From positions 4,841 through 68,840 of the IMG/VR virus record IMGVR_UViG_3300045988_093513: 64,000 bases of DNA. One strand, given 5' to 3'. The position numbers were made by a program, and so were the translations under genes. Source of the stretch: a virus. Positions 10,141 to 19,138 of the stretch are shown here, in pieces. Under the pieces are notes generated by a model. It saw only the letters and a program-made list of their open reading frames with translations, had not been told where the DNA came from and did not search any database. Each line of letters opens with the position of its first letter. Position 1 is the first letter of the stretch.

Positions 10141-10588
10141 ATACTTCGTTATCCTTGAGTGCGTATAGAGCCATTAAATCATATACGATGCAGTCGATAA
10201 GTTTATCTTCTACATCCTTACAGTAAACGCCATTACGAAGAATAGCAATATCATTCTTGTCTTTCATCGTGATGATGGTACGGAATAATTCATCCCTTGT
10301 TGGCATCCTACCTACACGTCTTACAGCCGCGTCATATACAGCGTCAAGTACATTACCTTTACCTACGTATTCTTCACCCTTAATTACAATCTTGTCAAGG
10401 ATATCGTCAAACAGTCTCGCAACGAAGTCGTAATACACATACAAATCATTCGGTACTTCAGTCTCGCCGTTCTCGTCGTCAACCATACCATCGTTCGGGT
10501 TCCCCTTCGTCTTACAAAGGCTCGCAATAGCTGGTGCTAACATAATCATTAACCTCATGTATTCCTGCTTATTCATTTGTATTAGCAT
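10064..10588 (-). CDS. Hypothetical protein
   Basis: 174-aa ORF. Confidence 0.5.
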   Translation of the reverse strand: MLIQMNKQEYMRLMIMLAPAIASLCKTKGNPNDGMVDDENGETEVPNDLYVYYDFVARLFDDILDKIVIKGEEYVGKGNVLDAVYDAAVRRVGRMPTRDELFRTIITMKDKNDIAILRNGVYCKDVEDKLIDCIVYDLMALYALKDNEVYDYFDYLGEEYTYGSPKGPAKSRNG

Positions 10589-10799
10589 TCCCCTTTCTCT
10601 TTCCAGTATACTTATTAAGAACTCTTACAACGTCTGCTACTTCTTCGTTGTCTTCGATACCGAGCATCGTCAGAAGTCCACCGACCAATACCTGCGCAGC
10701 ATCGTTACCATCCACGTTGGTATCAAACGAGATGTACGCACTACCATCTTCTGCATCTTTCCACGTCACTGTTACTGTTTTAGTTGATGTATCCTTCAT
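10569..10799 (-). CDS. Hypothetical small protein
   Basis: 76-aa ORF. Confidence 0.4.
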   Translation of the reverse strand: MKDTSTKTVTVTWKDAEDGSAYISFDTNVDGNDAAQVLVGGLLTMLGIEDNEEVADVVRVLNKYTGKRKGNANTNE

Positions 10800-11040
10800 G
10801 TTTATGTTCTCCTTTGTTCTTAAATTCTTCTACCATATCAGCCATTGTTTCAAAGATTTTGGTAGCTTCTTCTTCTGTCATTTCGTATGTTGCCATCAGA
10901 GCAAGGAACAATGCAGTAGCAGTCACCGGCGTATCCACGTCAGAGTCTACTTTGATATCTACTCCCTGTTTAGAAAGCACAGCCTTTACCTTAATATTCA
11001 TTGTTGTTTCGTCTTTAAGTTTACTCGTTACGTTATCCAT
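10780..11040 (-). CDS. Hypothetical small protein
   Basis: 86-aa ORF. Confidence 0.4.
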   Translation of the reverse strand: MDNVTSKLKDETTMNIKVKAVLSKQGVDIKVDSDVDTPVTATALFLALMATYEMTEEEATKIFETMADMVEEFKNKGEHKHEGYIN

Positions 11041-11041
11041 T

Positions 11042-11959
11042 TTATATCTCCTTTATGTTTGCATATGGGCATTTATCTTTTACGTTACAGAACCTCTCAC
11101 ATTTCATACCTCCCCAACGCTCTCTGTAACTACACTGCTTTGGGAGTAGCCCTGTCTCCATTGCGTGTACTAAGTTGTCTGCTTTCGCTTTCATATATTT
11201 GCTAACCCAGTGGTCGCTAATCTTGTTTACCTCTACCAGATAGGCTGGTTGCATAACGCCACGGGATTCAGCCATGTAAGTATTACCATCTCGAACAATC
11301 ATCTCACATATCATCTTCTTAGCTGTCTTGCCAAGACACTTCTTTAGCTTCATGCGATAATCATTCAGCTGTATTGCGAGGTCAAGTCTACCGCTACCAT
11401 GTACTCCATCATATGTGAAGTATGTTCTATACTTTGGTTTACCATTCTTGTATAAACCAATCTGCTCCTTATGCTTTACAGCGCCAAGAACCTTGGCTGC
11501 TTTGTAACTGCCATATGTTTTATCGTCGTACAGGTAGCCAGTGTTTTCCTCGTCTGTTGCTTCTTCATCGAAATAGTCAAACGCACCAGTAGAAACCCCG
11601 TCGTCTAACCGTTTCTCCGTCATTGCGTTTCCTTCTGTGTTTTCTTCCAGTGCTTCATGTATTGCAGTACCGTGTAGTGCGAACACCGACTGCATCGGGT
11701 CAATCGTATATGGCTCTGTAAGCTTCAAGTATTCTTCCAGTGTACCGTTAAGTAACTGTGTCGTACTGGGCTTCCCAGTCCATCTACGTTCAGCGGCGAT
11801 AGCAAGTAGTGCTCTCCTAGATAAGCATCGACCGCATGGTACATACAGCATACCAGTTGTAGGGTTCAGCTTACCCTCTAACCGGCAATGTTTTAAGCAC
11901 TCGTTCACAGGACATTCTCTTCCGTCTGGACATCTAAAATGTGTAAGTGGCATTAGCAT
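11042..11959 (-). CDS. Putative Cas4/RecB-family exonuclease with an Fe-S cysteine cluster
   Basis: N-terminal cysteines (CPDGRECPVNECLKHC) plus a C-terminal C-x3-C-x5-C (CERFCNVKDKC) match the four-Cys arrangement of Cas4/AddB nuclease domains. It carries 'GRLDLA' and 'EVNK' motifs and sits next to a primase-helicase and an annealing protein. Confidence 0.4.
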   Translation of the reverse strand: MLMPLTHFRCPDGRECPVNECLKHCRLEGKLNPTTGMLYVPCGRCLSRRALLAIAAERRWTGKPSTTQLLNGTLEEYLKLTEPYTIDPMQSVFALHGTAIHEALEENTEGNAMTEKRLDDGVSTGAFDYFDEEATDEENTGYLYDDKTYGSYKAAKVLGAVKHKEQIGLYKNGKPKYRTYFTYDGVHGSGRLDLAIQLNDYRMKLKKCLGKTAKKMICEMIVRDGNTYMAESRGVMQPAYLVEVNKISDHWVSKYMKAKADNLVHAMETGLLPKQCSYRERWGGMKCERFCNVKDKCPYANIKEI

Positions 11960-13938
11960 TCACCTTCGCAATCTTCTAACACGCTCTTGTCTCTGTTCCA
12001 CTTCATCATGAATCTAGTAGAGCCTAACTGATAACCTCTAACTTTCGCAAGATTAAATCGTGTGATACCGTGCCATTTCTGCTCTGCCTCAAGGCCAATC
12101 CCTGGTCTTAAGTCTGGTCTCCACATGAGTAAACAGATGTCGGCACTCGCTTCAATGTCACCAGCCCCTTTCAGTAAATTCATTGTTGGTTCTTCGTACT
12201 GATTACTCTGACGATTCAACTGACTCAGCATTACGAATATTAAGTCTTTGTCTTTTGCGATTCTCTTCATCGCCTTTGCCTGCTGAGCAGCACCATCATA
12301 CTCTTCAGTACCTTTCAGATATTGGAAGTAGTCACAGACAACCATGTCAACTGGCCTATCGAACAATCCCTTGGCATTAATAGCTGAGATAGTTCTGTCA
12401 ATCTCATCCATGGTTACTCCGTTCTTATCTATAATTATAAGCCTATTTCCAATTTTGTCAAGTTGTTTTTTTATCTCTGCGGAATCTGTAAAGTATTCTC
12501 GTACTTTGTAGAACGGACAGCCGATCAACTTAGCCAGTATCCATTCAAGTACATTACCTTTACTCATCTCCTGCGAAAAGAATACAACTCGCATATCATT
12601 ATTTAAAATACTCTTTAAAATATAGTCGATAGCGAAAGAAGTTTTACCGCTTCCGCTATACGCTCCCACGACAACCACCTGTCCTTTCATGATACCACCA
12701 ACACAGGTATCAATACCAGTAATACCAGTCTTGAATATTCCTTTTTCGTACAACTTACCAAGGTCGCCCAAGCAGTCGTACAACGTAGCCGCATTGTCGG
12801 TTAATGTATCTACTTCTTCTACGTCAAGGTCAAACGCTTCTTTCAAATCTGTTACGTCTTTGCCCCAACGCTTAGCTAAAATATCAATCAAGTCTGCCTT
12901 TACCATCTGGCTCTTTACAGTTTTCATAAACTCTGTAGCATATGAATACTGGTCCTCAATGGAATTACATTCATCCAACTTACGGACAAGAACAAACTGG
13001 TCGATATATACTGTCTGTAACGCTTTAACATCTACGCCATTGACTAGCGCATCGTTCATATCCTTACACCCATCGGGTAAAGGACAAACCCTTACGTTAA
13101 AATTTGTTATACTATTGAACCTATCACGAACTCTGTCGATATGTTTCAACCCAGGTTCGTCCATATCTGGTACAAGTATAATCTGCGTGTTGGGTGGAAC
13201 CGTTCTATTCAATAGCTGAATCTGTTCCTTGCCAATTTCCGCTCCACAATATCCGGCGGTAGGTAATCCCATTTCGGTACCAGACATTACGTCAAAGTAT
13301 CCTTCCACCAGATAAAGAACATTACCACCAACCTTGCGAGATACATTCAATCCGTACAGTGTTTCACTCTTATCAAACACTTCACTGTTCTTTGAGTTCT
13401 TGTACTTATATTTCGCATTGAAGTACCGTTTAGCGATAGCTACTGGCTGGTCATTAACATTGTAAATAGGAATAACCAAACTACCGGACGCCTGCTTATC
13501 TGCTCCGAGATGGAATAGCTTAGCTACATCTTCTCCAATCTTTCTCTTACGCAGATAATCTTTAAGCTCTTCGTTTGATTCAAGATTGCGGCTGGCTGTT
13601 ACCACTCTATGTCTATAGGCTTGAATCAAATCTCTCTGCCTTACATATTCTACATTAGTTGATACGTCAATGTTCAACATATCAGCTAGCTTTTCAGTAG
13701 CGGCTTCGTATGTTACGTGCTCGTATTCAGCAACAAAGTTAATTACATTGCCGCAAGCACCGCACGAAAAGCAATAGAATGTTCCGTGCGGAAATACGGT
13801 AAATGCAGAAGCATTCTCTCCGCCATGGATTGGACAAACGCCTCTCCACGTGTTGCCTGTTCTCTTGAGTGTTGTGTACTGACTAACATAATCTGCCAAA
13901 TCTACTTTCGCTTTAATAACACTTTCGAGATTACTCAC
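11953..13938 (-). CDS. Bifunctional DnaG-like primase / DnaB-like helicase (T7 gp4-type)
   Basis: N-terminal CHC2 zinc finger 'CPIHGGENASAFTVF...CFSCGACG', a TOPRIM-region, then Walker A 'GAYSGSGKTSFA' and Walker B 'MVVCDYFQYL'. Confidence 0.85.
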   Translation of the reverse strand: MSNLESVIKAKVDLADYVSQYTTLKRTGNTWRGVCPIHGGENASAFTVFPHGTFYCFSCGACGNVINFVAEYEHVTYEAATEKLADMLNIDVSTNVEYVRQRDLIQAYRHRVVTASRNLESNEELKDYLRKRKIGEDVAKLFHLGADKQASGSLVIPIYNVNDQPVAIAKRYFNAKYKYKNSKNSEVFDKSETLYGLNVSRKVGGNVLYLVEGYFDVMSGTEMGLPTAGYCGAEIGKEQIQLLNRTVPPNTQIILVPDMDEPGLKHIDRVRDRFNSITNFNVRVCPLPDGCKDMNDALVNGVDVKALQTVYIDQFVLVRKLDECNSIEDQYSYATEFMKTVKSQMVKADLIDILAKRWGKDVTDLKEAFDLDVEEVDTLTDNAATLYDCLGDLGKLYEKGIFKTGITGIDTCVGGIMKGQVVVVGAYSGSGKTSFAIDYILKSILNNDMRVVFFSQEMSKGNVLEWILAKLIGCPFYKVREYFTDSAEIKKQLDKIGNRLIIIDKNGVTMDEIDRTISAINAKGLFDRPVDMVVCDYFQYLKGTEEYDGAAQQAKAMKRIAKDKDLIFVMLSQLNRQSNQYEEPTMNLLKGAGDIEASADICLLMWRPDLRPGIGLEAEQKWHGITRFNLAKVRGYQLGSTRFMMKWNRDKSVLEDCEGEC

Positions 13939-13949
13939 GACATCACTCC

Positions 13950-14729
13950 TTAATTATCAATCATTGCCAGCATAGCGTCTCTAAGTTTCGGGTCTAACCT
14001 ATCCATGTTATTCAGGCACCACTGCATGTATTCTTTCGGTACTTCACTAAGATGTTTGCCCTTATGTTTACCAAACGGGAATACCATATCTCCTGCTGGG
14101 GAAGCTCCGTTATCTTCTGTAAACGGATTTCCGTCATCAACAGATGGAGCCATATCATCGAATGCACTTGTAACTGTAGCGTCATCCATACGTGCGTTAC
14201 TCGTTTCCTGTTCCTGTGGCTGTACGTATCCTTCTGGCAGTGCCCATAAAGGAAGGTTCGGCTTACGAATTACATTGCCCCAGTTATCAATCGGTGCCCA
14301 AGTTACAGGCAGGTCATACAGGTATCTACCAATACCCCACGCCGATGCCGCTCTCTTAAACGCACCAGACAGTCCGCCCTTAAATGCTTCAAAGTCTGTG
14401 AGGTTTGCGCCATCTTCTCTAGTGTACTTCTCGCCACCGTTATAGAGAGTAATCGAACAGATAAAACCTTTAATAGGTTCTTCGGTATCAAACCCACGAC
14501 GCTGTCGCTTAATAACACCCATGTCGATTGGCCTGTAATCTACGCTCCATCCGTCAATCAGATTGCGTTCTATAAGTTCATCCAGTCTATTAGAAATGGC
14601 TCGTGCATCGATATACGCCATAGCCATGCCTTTAGTACCGTCTTTACTCTTCTTCTGGATACGCCACTCAACATACTTTGGGTCAAAAGGTTTCTTTAAT
14701 TCTTTAATTACGTCTGCAAATAATGCCAT
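13950..14729 (-). CDS. Rad52-like single-strand annealing protein (Sak-type)
   Basis: The N-terminal segment 'PFDPKYVEWRIQ...MAMAYIDARAISNRLDE...GWS' matches the Rad52/22 family signature. Confidence 0.6.
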   Translation of the reverse strand: MALFADVIKELKKPFDPKYVEWRIQKKSKDGTKGMAMAYIDARAISNRLDELIERNLIDGWSVDYRPIDMGVIKRQRRGFDTEEPIKGFICSITLYNGGEKYTREDGANLTDFEAFKGGLSGAFKRAASAWGIGRYLYDLPVTWAPIDNWGNVIRKPNLPLWALPEGYVQPQEQETSNARMDDATVTSAFDDMAPSVDDGNPFTEDNGASPAGDMVFPFGKHKGKHLSEVPKEYMQWCLNNMDRLDPKLRDAMLAMIDN

Positions 14730-14748
14730 GTTTATTCTCCTTTATCAT

Positions 14749-14820
14749 TTAGAAAAAAATATCACAAATCTTAATACCAACAATAGTTCCGATTAATGCA
14801 CAGATGAAGTTCTCAATCAC
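14749..14820 (-). CDS. Possible 23-aa hydrophobic micropeptide (VIENFICALIGTIVGIKICDIFF)
   Basis: A GTG start sits 8 nt after the strong SD 'GAAGGGGGTGG', directly downstream of a consensus minus-strand promoter. It is below the ORF-track size cutoff. Confidence 0.25.
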   Translation of the reverse strand: MIENFICALIGTIVGIKICDIFF

Positions 14821-14844
14821 CTTGCCACCCCCTTCACTATAAAC

Positions 14845-14873
14845 ATTATACCACACTTGAACCAAATTGTCAA
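14845..14873 (-). promoter_or_regulatory. SigA-type promoter (-35 TTGACA, 17-nt spacer, extended -10 TGTGGTATAAT)
   Basis: The reverse complement reads cTTGACAatttggttcaagTGTGGTATAAT. The same architecture recurs at 18247-18275. Confidence 0.65.
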
Positions 14874-14882
14874 GCACTTTTT

Positions 14883-17783
14883 CTAAACTTTTTTGATGGC
14901 TGGGGTGAAGTCAACAATCATCGTCCCACGAAGCTTCATAAGATAAGTCCTACCAACTTCCAGTGAGCTTCCTTTATTATCAAAGATAACTAACTCTTTG
15001 ACAGTATCATTTACAACACCAGTAACAAAGTGCATAGGCTTACCTTGTTTAGTCTTATGTGCTTTACGTTTAGTTACTGTTACAAGGAAAATAGTCCTAT
15101 CATCGCACAAATCAGACACATAATCGTCCACAGAAGAAAAAGAATATCCGATAGATGCAAGTTCCATCTCTCCATTAGACTGGACATCTTCGTGATGTAC
15201 GAACTTAAACGGTGGCTTACTCTTCCTAGAATCTTTGACCCAATCAATGTACTGTAACAACTCCTCTCTATTGCCTTCAACTGCACCAGCTTTCACTATA
15301 GACTCAAGTACCCTACGGTTAACACTCTTATTGTCCTCTATCCACTGCTTACCATCGTGATTGAACGTCAAAGTATCAAACGCATTTCCTACGTATTTTA
15401 ACATGTCAAATCCTAGGGTTATATGATTAGACATCGGAACGTAGGTATGTTTAAAAACGTCGTTATTTAACGGTGTTTTTGAGCATTTTAACGATTTTAT
15501 ACTTGGTGGTTCTACCTTAATGTGCAGTTGTAAAGAGTGTGAAATGTACTTTGATACCTTCGCTCTGTCGTCTTTGTTGTACTCAAGTAGTGAAGCCATG
15601 TAATACTCTGGATAATTAGCTTTAAGATAAGCTGTTCTCCATGATGTTAACCCGTATGCAACTGCATGCGACTTATTGAATAGGTAATTAGCCGACTTGC
15701 TTATGCTATCGGAAAGATAATCAATGACATCTTTAGGAACCCCATGCTTAAGCCCTTCTTCTTTGAACTTATTCATAGCCGGTTCCATTTCTGAAACAAC
15801 TTTACGTCCGATAATCTTACGTAGAATATCCGCTTCACCAAGTGAATACCCACACAAAGCCTGCGCTATCTGCATTACCTGCTCTTGATATAAGATTACG
15901 CCATATGTTTCTTTGGTAATCTCATCATAGGCCGGATACAAACTCTTGACTGACTTACGTCCAGTTCTTCTATCCACGTAGTCCTTAGCCATACCACTAT
16001 CGAGTGGGCCTGGTCTACATAATGCCATGACTGGTATTAAGTCTTCTGCACCATGAATAGTAATAGAACGGATGAAACCTTTCATCGCCGCTGACTCAAT
16101 CTGAAAACAACCTTCTGTCATTCCACTATTCAACAACTTACATGTTGCATCATCTTTCTCTGGTATATTATTCCAAAGTTTCTGTGCATCTGTACCCATC
16201 ATATCAGCCATTCTATGTACAATAGATAACTGCATAAGCCCAAGCATATCAAGTTTAAGGCACCCCTGTGCTTCAAGGTCGTGATAATCAGTTGCACAAA
16301 CAAAGTCGTCTCCCTGTTTCTCTATCGAGCACCATTCAGTAGGGTCTCTAGGGAATACCATAACGGCACTGGCATGCATACCATAAGACTGTAAACGTCC
16401 AAAGAAATGCTTAGCAAGCGTTCTGAGTCTCTCGTCTTTTACTCCTTCCCATGTTTGAAAATTGGTACTAATCTTATTGACGTAACTGGAAGGTAGCCCG
16501 AGAGCTTGCCCAGCTCTTTTAACAGCCGCCTTCTCCTGCATGTAGTTCATAGTACGTACATGATAAACATCACCATACTTCTGACGTACATACTCAATCA
16601 CTTCATCACGTCTATCGCTTTCAAAGTCGACATCTATATCGCAAGGAGTTACACGCTGTTCATTACAAAAGCGCTCGAAGACGTTATGCCACCTTACGGA
16701 ATCTACCTGAGTAATACCCGAGAGATAAGCTGTACAACACCCACCAACAGACCCGCGACCCAACCCAGTAAGAATACCATGCTCATTGCAATAACCCATA
16801 ATATCTTTGATAATGCAGAGATAATTGAGATAATCGCATCGCCGAAGCACAGGTAACTCTCGTTCAACTCGTACCACATAATCGCTTTTATTGGGCCTGG
16901 CTCCCATGTGTAACCGTTTCCACCCTTCGTTACACCAGTCACGAATCTGTCTTTCAGGGTCTTTAGTGTTGTACTTAGGATAATTGTCACCCCCTTCTGG
17001 AATTACAACATTACACTTGTGAATGATGTTACTGGATTCTTGAATCATGGCGTCAACCTGTTCTCTGCCGAACCCATCTTCCATCATTCTCTGTGTAACT
17101 TCTTTGCCATCCATCATGTAAAAATCTTTACTACTATAGGCATCATTAGTTCCTCTTACGCTTACCCACATATCGTGATAAACAGCATCAGCAGGATTGG
17201 AATAATGACTATCATTAGTAACAAGGACATTGTAACCGTGAGACACAGCATAATCGTAAACCCTCTTATTATACTCTCTCTGTTCTTTGAATCCATGTGG
17301 CTGTACCTCCATGTAGAAATCATCGCCAAACAAATTAGCGATAGTATCAACAACATCGGGATATCGATTAAAGAAGCCAGCTATACATGCGGTAGTACAA
17401 ATCAATCCTTCGTGGTACATCTCTAAATCTTTAATACCAATCCTAGGTTTTCGATAGAACTGACGTGCCGCAACAGTAGACAGTTTATACAAGTTCCTAA
17501 GTCCGTTAATATCTTTAGCTAACAGTATGATATGTGCATTCTCTCCGCTCTTCATCTCTGGTTCTGGACAAAAATAACCTTCCATACCAAGTATGGGTTT
17601 GATACCCGACCGCTTACACTTGTGATAAAACGCATACAACCCAGTAGTTGTACCATGGTCTGTTAATGCTACCGCTTCATATCCAAGTTCTTTACCTCTT
17701 TGAATAATCTCGTCAATAGTACAATACCCATCTCCTATAGAATAGTCGGAATGCTGATGTAAGTTTGTAAATGTACTACTCAT
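14883..17783 (-). CDS. dnaE: DNA polymerase III alpha subunit (DnaE-type, N-terminal PHP domain)
   Basis: PHP motif 'FTNLHQHSDYSIGDG...VALTDHGTTTG'. Start is likely the Met at 17783 (MSSTFTNLH), which has SD AAAGGAAG 8 nt upstream. The longer ORF call from 17810 lacks an RBS. Confidence 0.85.
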   Translation of the reverse strand: MSSTFTNLHQHSDYSIGDGYCTIDEIIQRGKELGYEAVALTDHGTTTGLYAFYHKCKRSGIKPILGMEGYFCPEPEMKSGENAHIILLAKDINGLRNLYKLSTVAARQFYRKPRIGIKDLEMYHEGLICTTACIAGFFNRYPDVVDTIANLFGDDFYMEVQPHGFKEQREYNKRVYDYAVSHGYNVLVTNDSHYSNPADAVYHDMWVSVRGTNDAYSSKDFYMMDGKEVTQRMMEDGFGREQVDAMIQESSNIIHKCNVVIPEGGDNYPKYNTKDPERQIRDWCNEGWKRLHMGARPNKSDYVVRVERELPVLRRCDYLNYLCIIKDIMGYCNEHGILTGLGRGSVGGCCTAYLSGITQVDSVRWHNVFERFCNEQRVTPCDIDVDFESDRRDEVIEYVRQKYGDVYHVRTMNYMQEKAAVKRAGQALGLPSSYVNKISTNFQTWEGVKDERLRTLAKHFFGRLQSYGMHASAVMVFPRDPTEWCSIEKQGDDFVCATDYHDLEAQGCLKLDMLGLMQLSIVHRMADMMGTDAQKLWNNIPEKDDATCKLLNSGMTEGCFQIESAAMKGFIRSITIHGAEDLIPVMALCRPGPLDSGMAKDYVDRRTGRKSVKSLYPAYDEITKETYGVILYQEQVMQIAQALCGYSLGEADILRKIIGRKVVSEMEPAMNKFKEEGLKHGVPKDVIDYLSDSISKSANYLFNKSHAVAYGLTSWRTAYLKANYPEYYMASLLEYNKDDRAKVSKYISHSLQLHIKVEPPSIKSLKCSKTPLNNDVFKHTYVPMSNHITLGFDMLKYVGNAFDTLTFNHDGKQWIEDNKSVNRRVLESIVKAGAVEGNREELLQYIDWVKDSRKSKPPFKFVHHEDVQSNGEMELASIGYSFSSVDDYVSDLCDDRTIFLVTVTKRKAHKTKQGKPMHFVTGVVNDTVKELVIFDNKGSSLEVGRTYLMKLRGTMIVDFTPAIKKV

Positions 17784-18216
17784 CTGACGCTTCCTTTCTC
17801 TGCTTCTCAAGTGTCATCTTCTCCCACTCTTTACGTGCGGACTCTTTCGCTTCTTCCATCTTCTTGAGGTACAGGCCATAATATGTATCACTCTTCTGCT
17901 TCATGTAGTTAGATACGTAATCTTCGGAATCAAGACTCTCACGTATTCTATCATTCTCTTCCGTGTGTTCGCCAGTGTACTCTTCAACAAGTATCTCTAC
18001 TGGATATGCACATAAATAAATATGGAATGGCGTTTCTACGTAGGATAAACACTCACGACCATTAAGGTTGTTCAATACCTGGTTAGGCATAGGAGCATTT
18101 GTTTTGCTTGTCATACGTCTCATTGTATGTTTCTTACCTGCTCCATATAAACCAAGTACATCTGCCTTATGAATATATACACCGAAACCAAGGTTCATTA
18201 ATTCTTTATCCTTCAT
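17776..18216 (-). CDS. Hypothetical protein (start revised to the internal Met, MKDKELMNLGF)
   Basis: The promoter at 18247-18275 lies inside the longer ORF call. SD 'AAAGGGGGTGAG' precedes the ATG at 18216. The gene overlaps dnaE at ATGAGTAG. Confidence 0.5.
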   Translation of the reverse strand: MKDKELMNLGFGVYIHKADVLGLYGAGKKHTMRRMTSKTNAPMPNQVLNNLNGRECLSYVETPFHIYLCAYPVEILVEEYTGEHTEENDRIRESLDSEDYVSNYMKQKSDTYYGLYLKKMEEAKESARKEWEKMTLEKQRKEASDE

Positions 18217-18246
18217 CCGGCTCACCCCCTTTCCAACTCTATTTGA

Positions 18247-18275
18247 ATTATACCACAGTTCCAAAAGTTTGTCAA
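18247..18275 (-). promoter_or_regulatory. SigA-type promoter for the leftward operon (dnaE and downstream)
   Basis: Reverse complement: cTTGACAaacttttggaacTGTGGTATAAT, with a 17-nt spacer and extended -10. Confidence 0.65.
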
Positions 18276-18377
18276 GGGGGTTTTGAAAAAATTTTTCGGC
18301 AAAAACTGTTGGCAAATTTCAATGGCCATTATCTTATATTATTGAAAGAAACTTTTAAAAACTTTAAAATAAAAAGC

Positions 18378-18406
18378 TTGACAAGGTTTCTCTTTTGTGG
18401 TACAAT
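18378..18406 (+). promoter_or_regulatory. Rightward promoter P1 (TTGACA-17-TGgTACAAT), preceded by an A-rich UP-like tract
   Basis: cTTGACAaggtttctcttttgtggTACAAT, read directly from the sequence. Confidence 0.6.
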
Positions 18407-18446
18407 AATGTCAGAAAGAAATTTCAAAAACTTCAAAAGAAAAGAC

Positions 18447-18475
18447 TTGACAAAGTTTATCTTTTGTGGTATAAT
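18447..18475 (+). promoter_or_regulatory. Rightward promoter P2 (TTGACA-17-TGgTATAAT), a tandem duplicate of P1 ~69 bp downstream
   Basis: cTTGACAaagtttatcttttgtggTATAAT. It is a ~68-bp direct repeat of the P1 unit. Confidence 0.65.
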
Positions 18476-18479
18476 AATG

Positions 18480-19060
18480 TTGTAGAAAAGTGGACAACTA
18501 AATATATGAGTAACCGTTACATTGCGAATACATCTCAGACAATGTAACACGGTGTTGTAAATACAATTGTTGACCGAAACTCAATCATGTAGCAAGACAA
18601 GGTTACAGGAAATCAGGGTACTTTATGTATTGGTATCTCAGCGAAGGCCAGAAGTAATCCACACTTCATGGGGGTCAGGCGCAAGTAATGTCCGTTAAAG
18701 GGAGAAACTTTATGGTGGGTTAAAATCCACCCCCAAAATATTTAGGCAGGAGGCTCAAGTCGAAAGACGGCGTTGGACAACCACTTACCAAGGGTTGAGT
18801 GAGGTTAAGTTCTTTAAGAACTAGGTGTGTTGTCACCTTGAACGACCGAGGCGATGGGGTTCATTCCATTATCTCTGTTAAGACGCTACGTACTGACCGT
18901 GAAGTATACAACTTTTACGGTTTAGTATGCGGCGTCTACCTCCTCACTCCCTCAGCTCCGAGGTTCATTCCCGCCCCGACAGGGCGAATGAACCAAGGAG
19001 CCATGAGAGGGAAAGATAAAATATCTATACTTAACATTAAACTTTAAATAAAATATATCT
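18480..19060 (+). ncRNA. Candidate structured non-coding RNA (unclassified), ~0.55 kb, downstream of the tandem promoters
   Basis: No credible ORF is present (the only one, 18799-19047, lacks an RBS). The locus is GC-enriched relative to its flanks. It contains a long imperfect hairpin, ggttcatt...aatgaacc, at 18962-18995, and the palindrome agttctt-t-aagaact. Confidence 0.25.
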
Positions 19061-19066
19061 TACCTC

Positions 19067-19095
19067 TTGACAAATATTGAATAATATGATATACT
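19067..19095 (+). promoter_or_regulatory. Promoter of the DUF3310 gene (TTGACA-17-TATACT)
   Basis: cTTGACAaatattgaataatatgaTATACT, then SD AAAGGAG at 19123-19129 and ATG at 19139. Confidence 0.55.
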
Positions 19096-19138
19096 ATACA
19101 TATATTAGAGATAGTGAGAATGAAAGGAGAGATATTAA

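Noticed and set aside
18799-19047. A plus-strand 82-aa ORF inside the promoter-proximal GC-rich locus
   Set aside because: It has no RBS and an Arg/Gly-rich composition typical of translating a GC-rich structured RNA. It overlaps the strongest hairpins. I treated it as non-coding.
18480-19060. tmRNA, RNase P RNA, 6S RNA, T-box leader or tRNA identity for the structured region
   Set aside because: It has none of the expected features: no tRNA-like acceptor/T-arm ends, no GGAUUCGAC, no RNase P P4 or GNRA-loop signature blocks, no T-box AANNNGGGTGGNACCGCG, and no cloverleaf. The TTCATTC loops fail the T-loop consensus.
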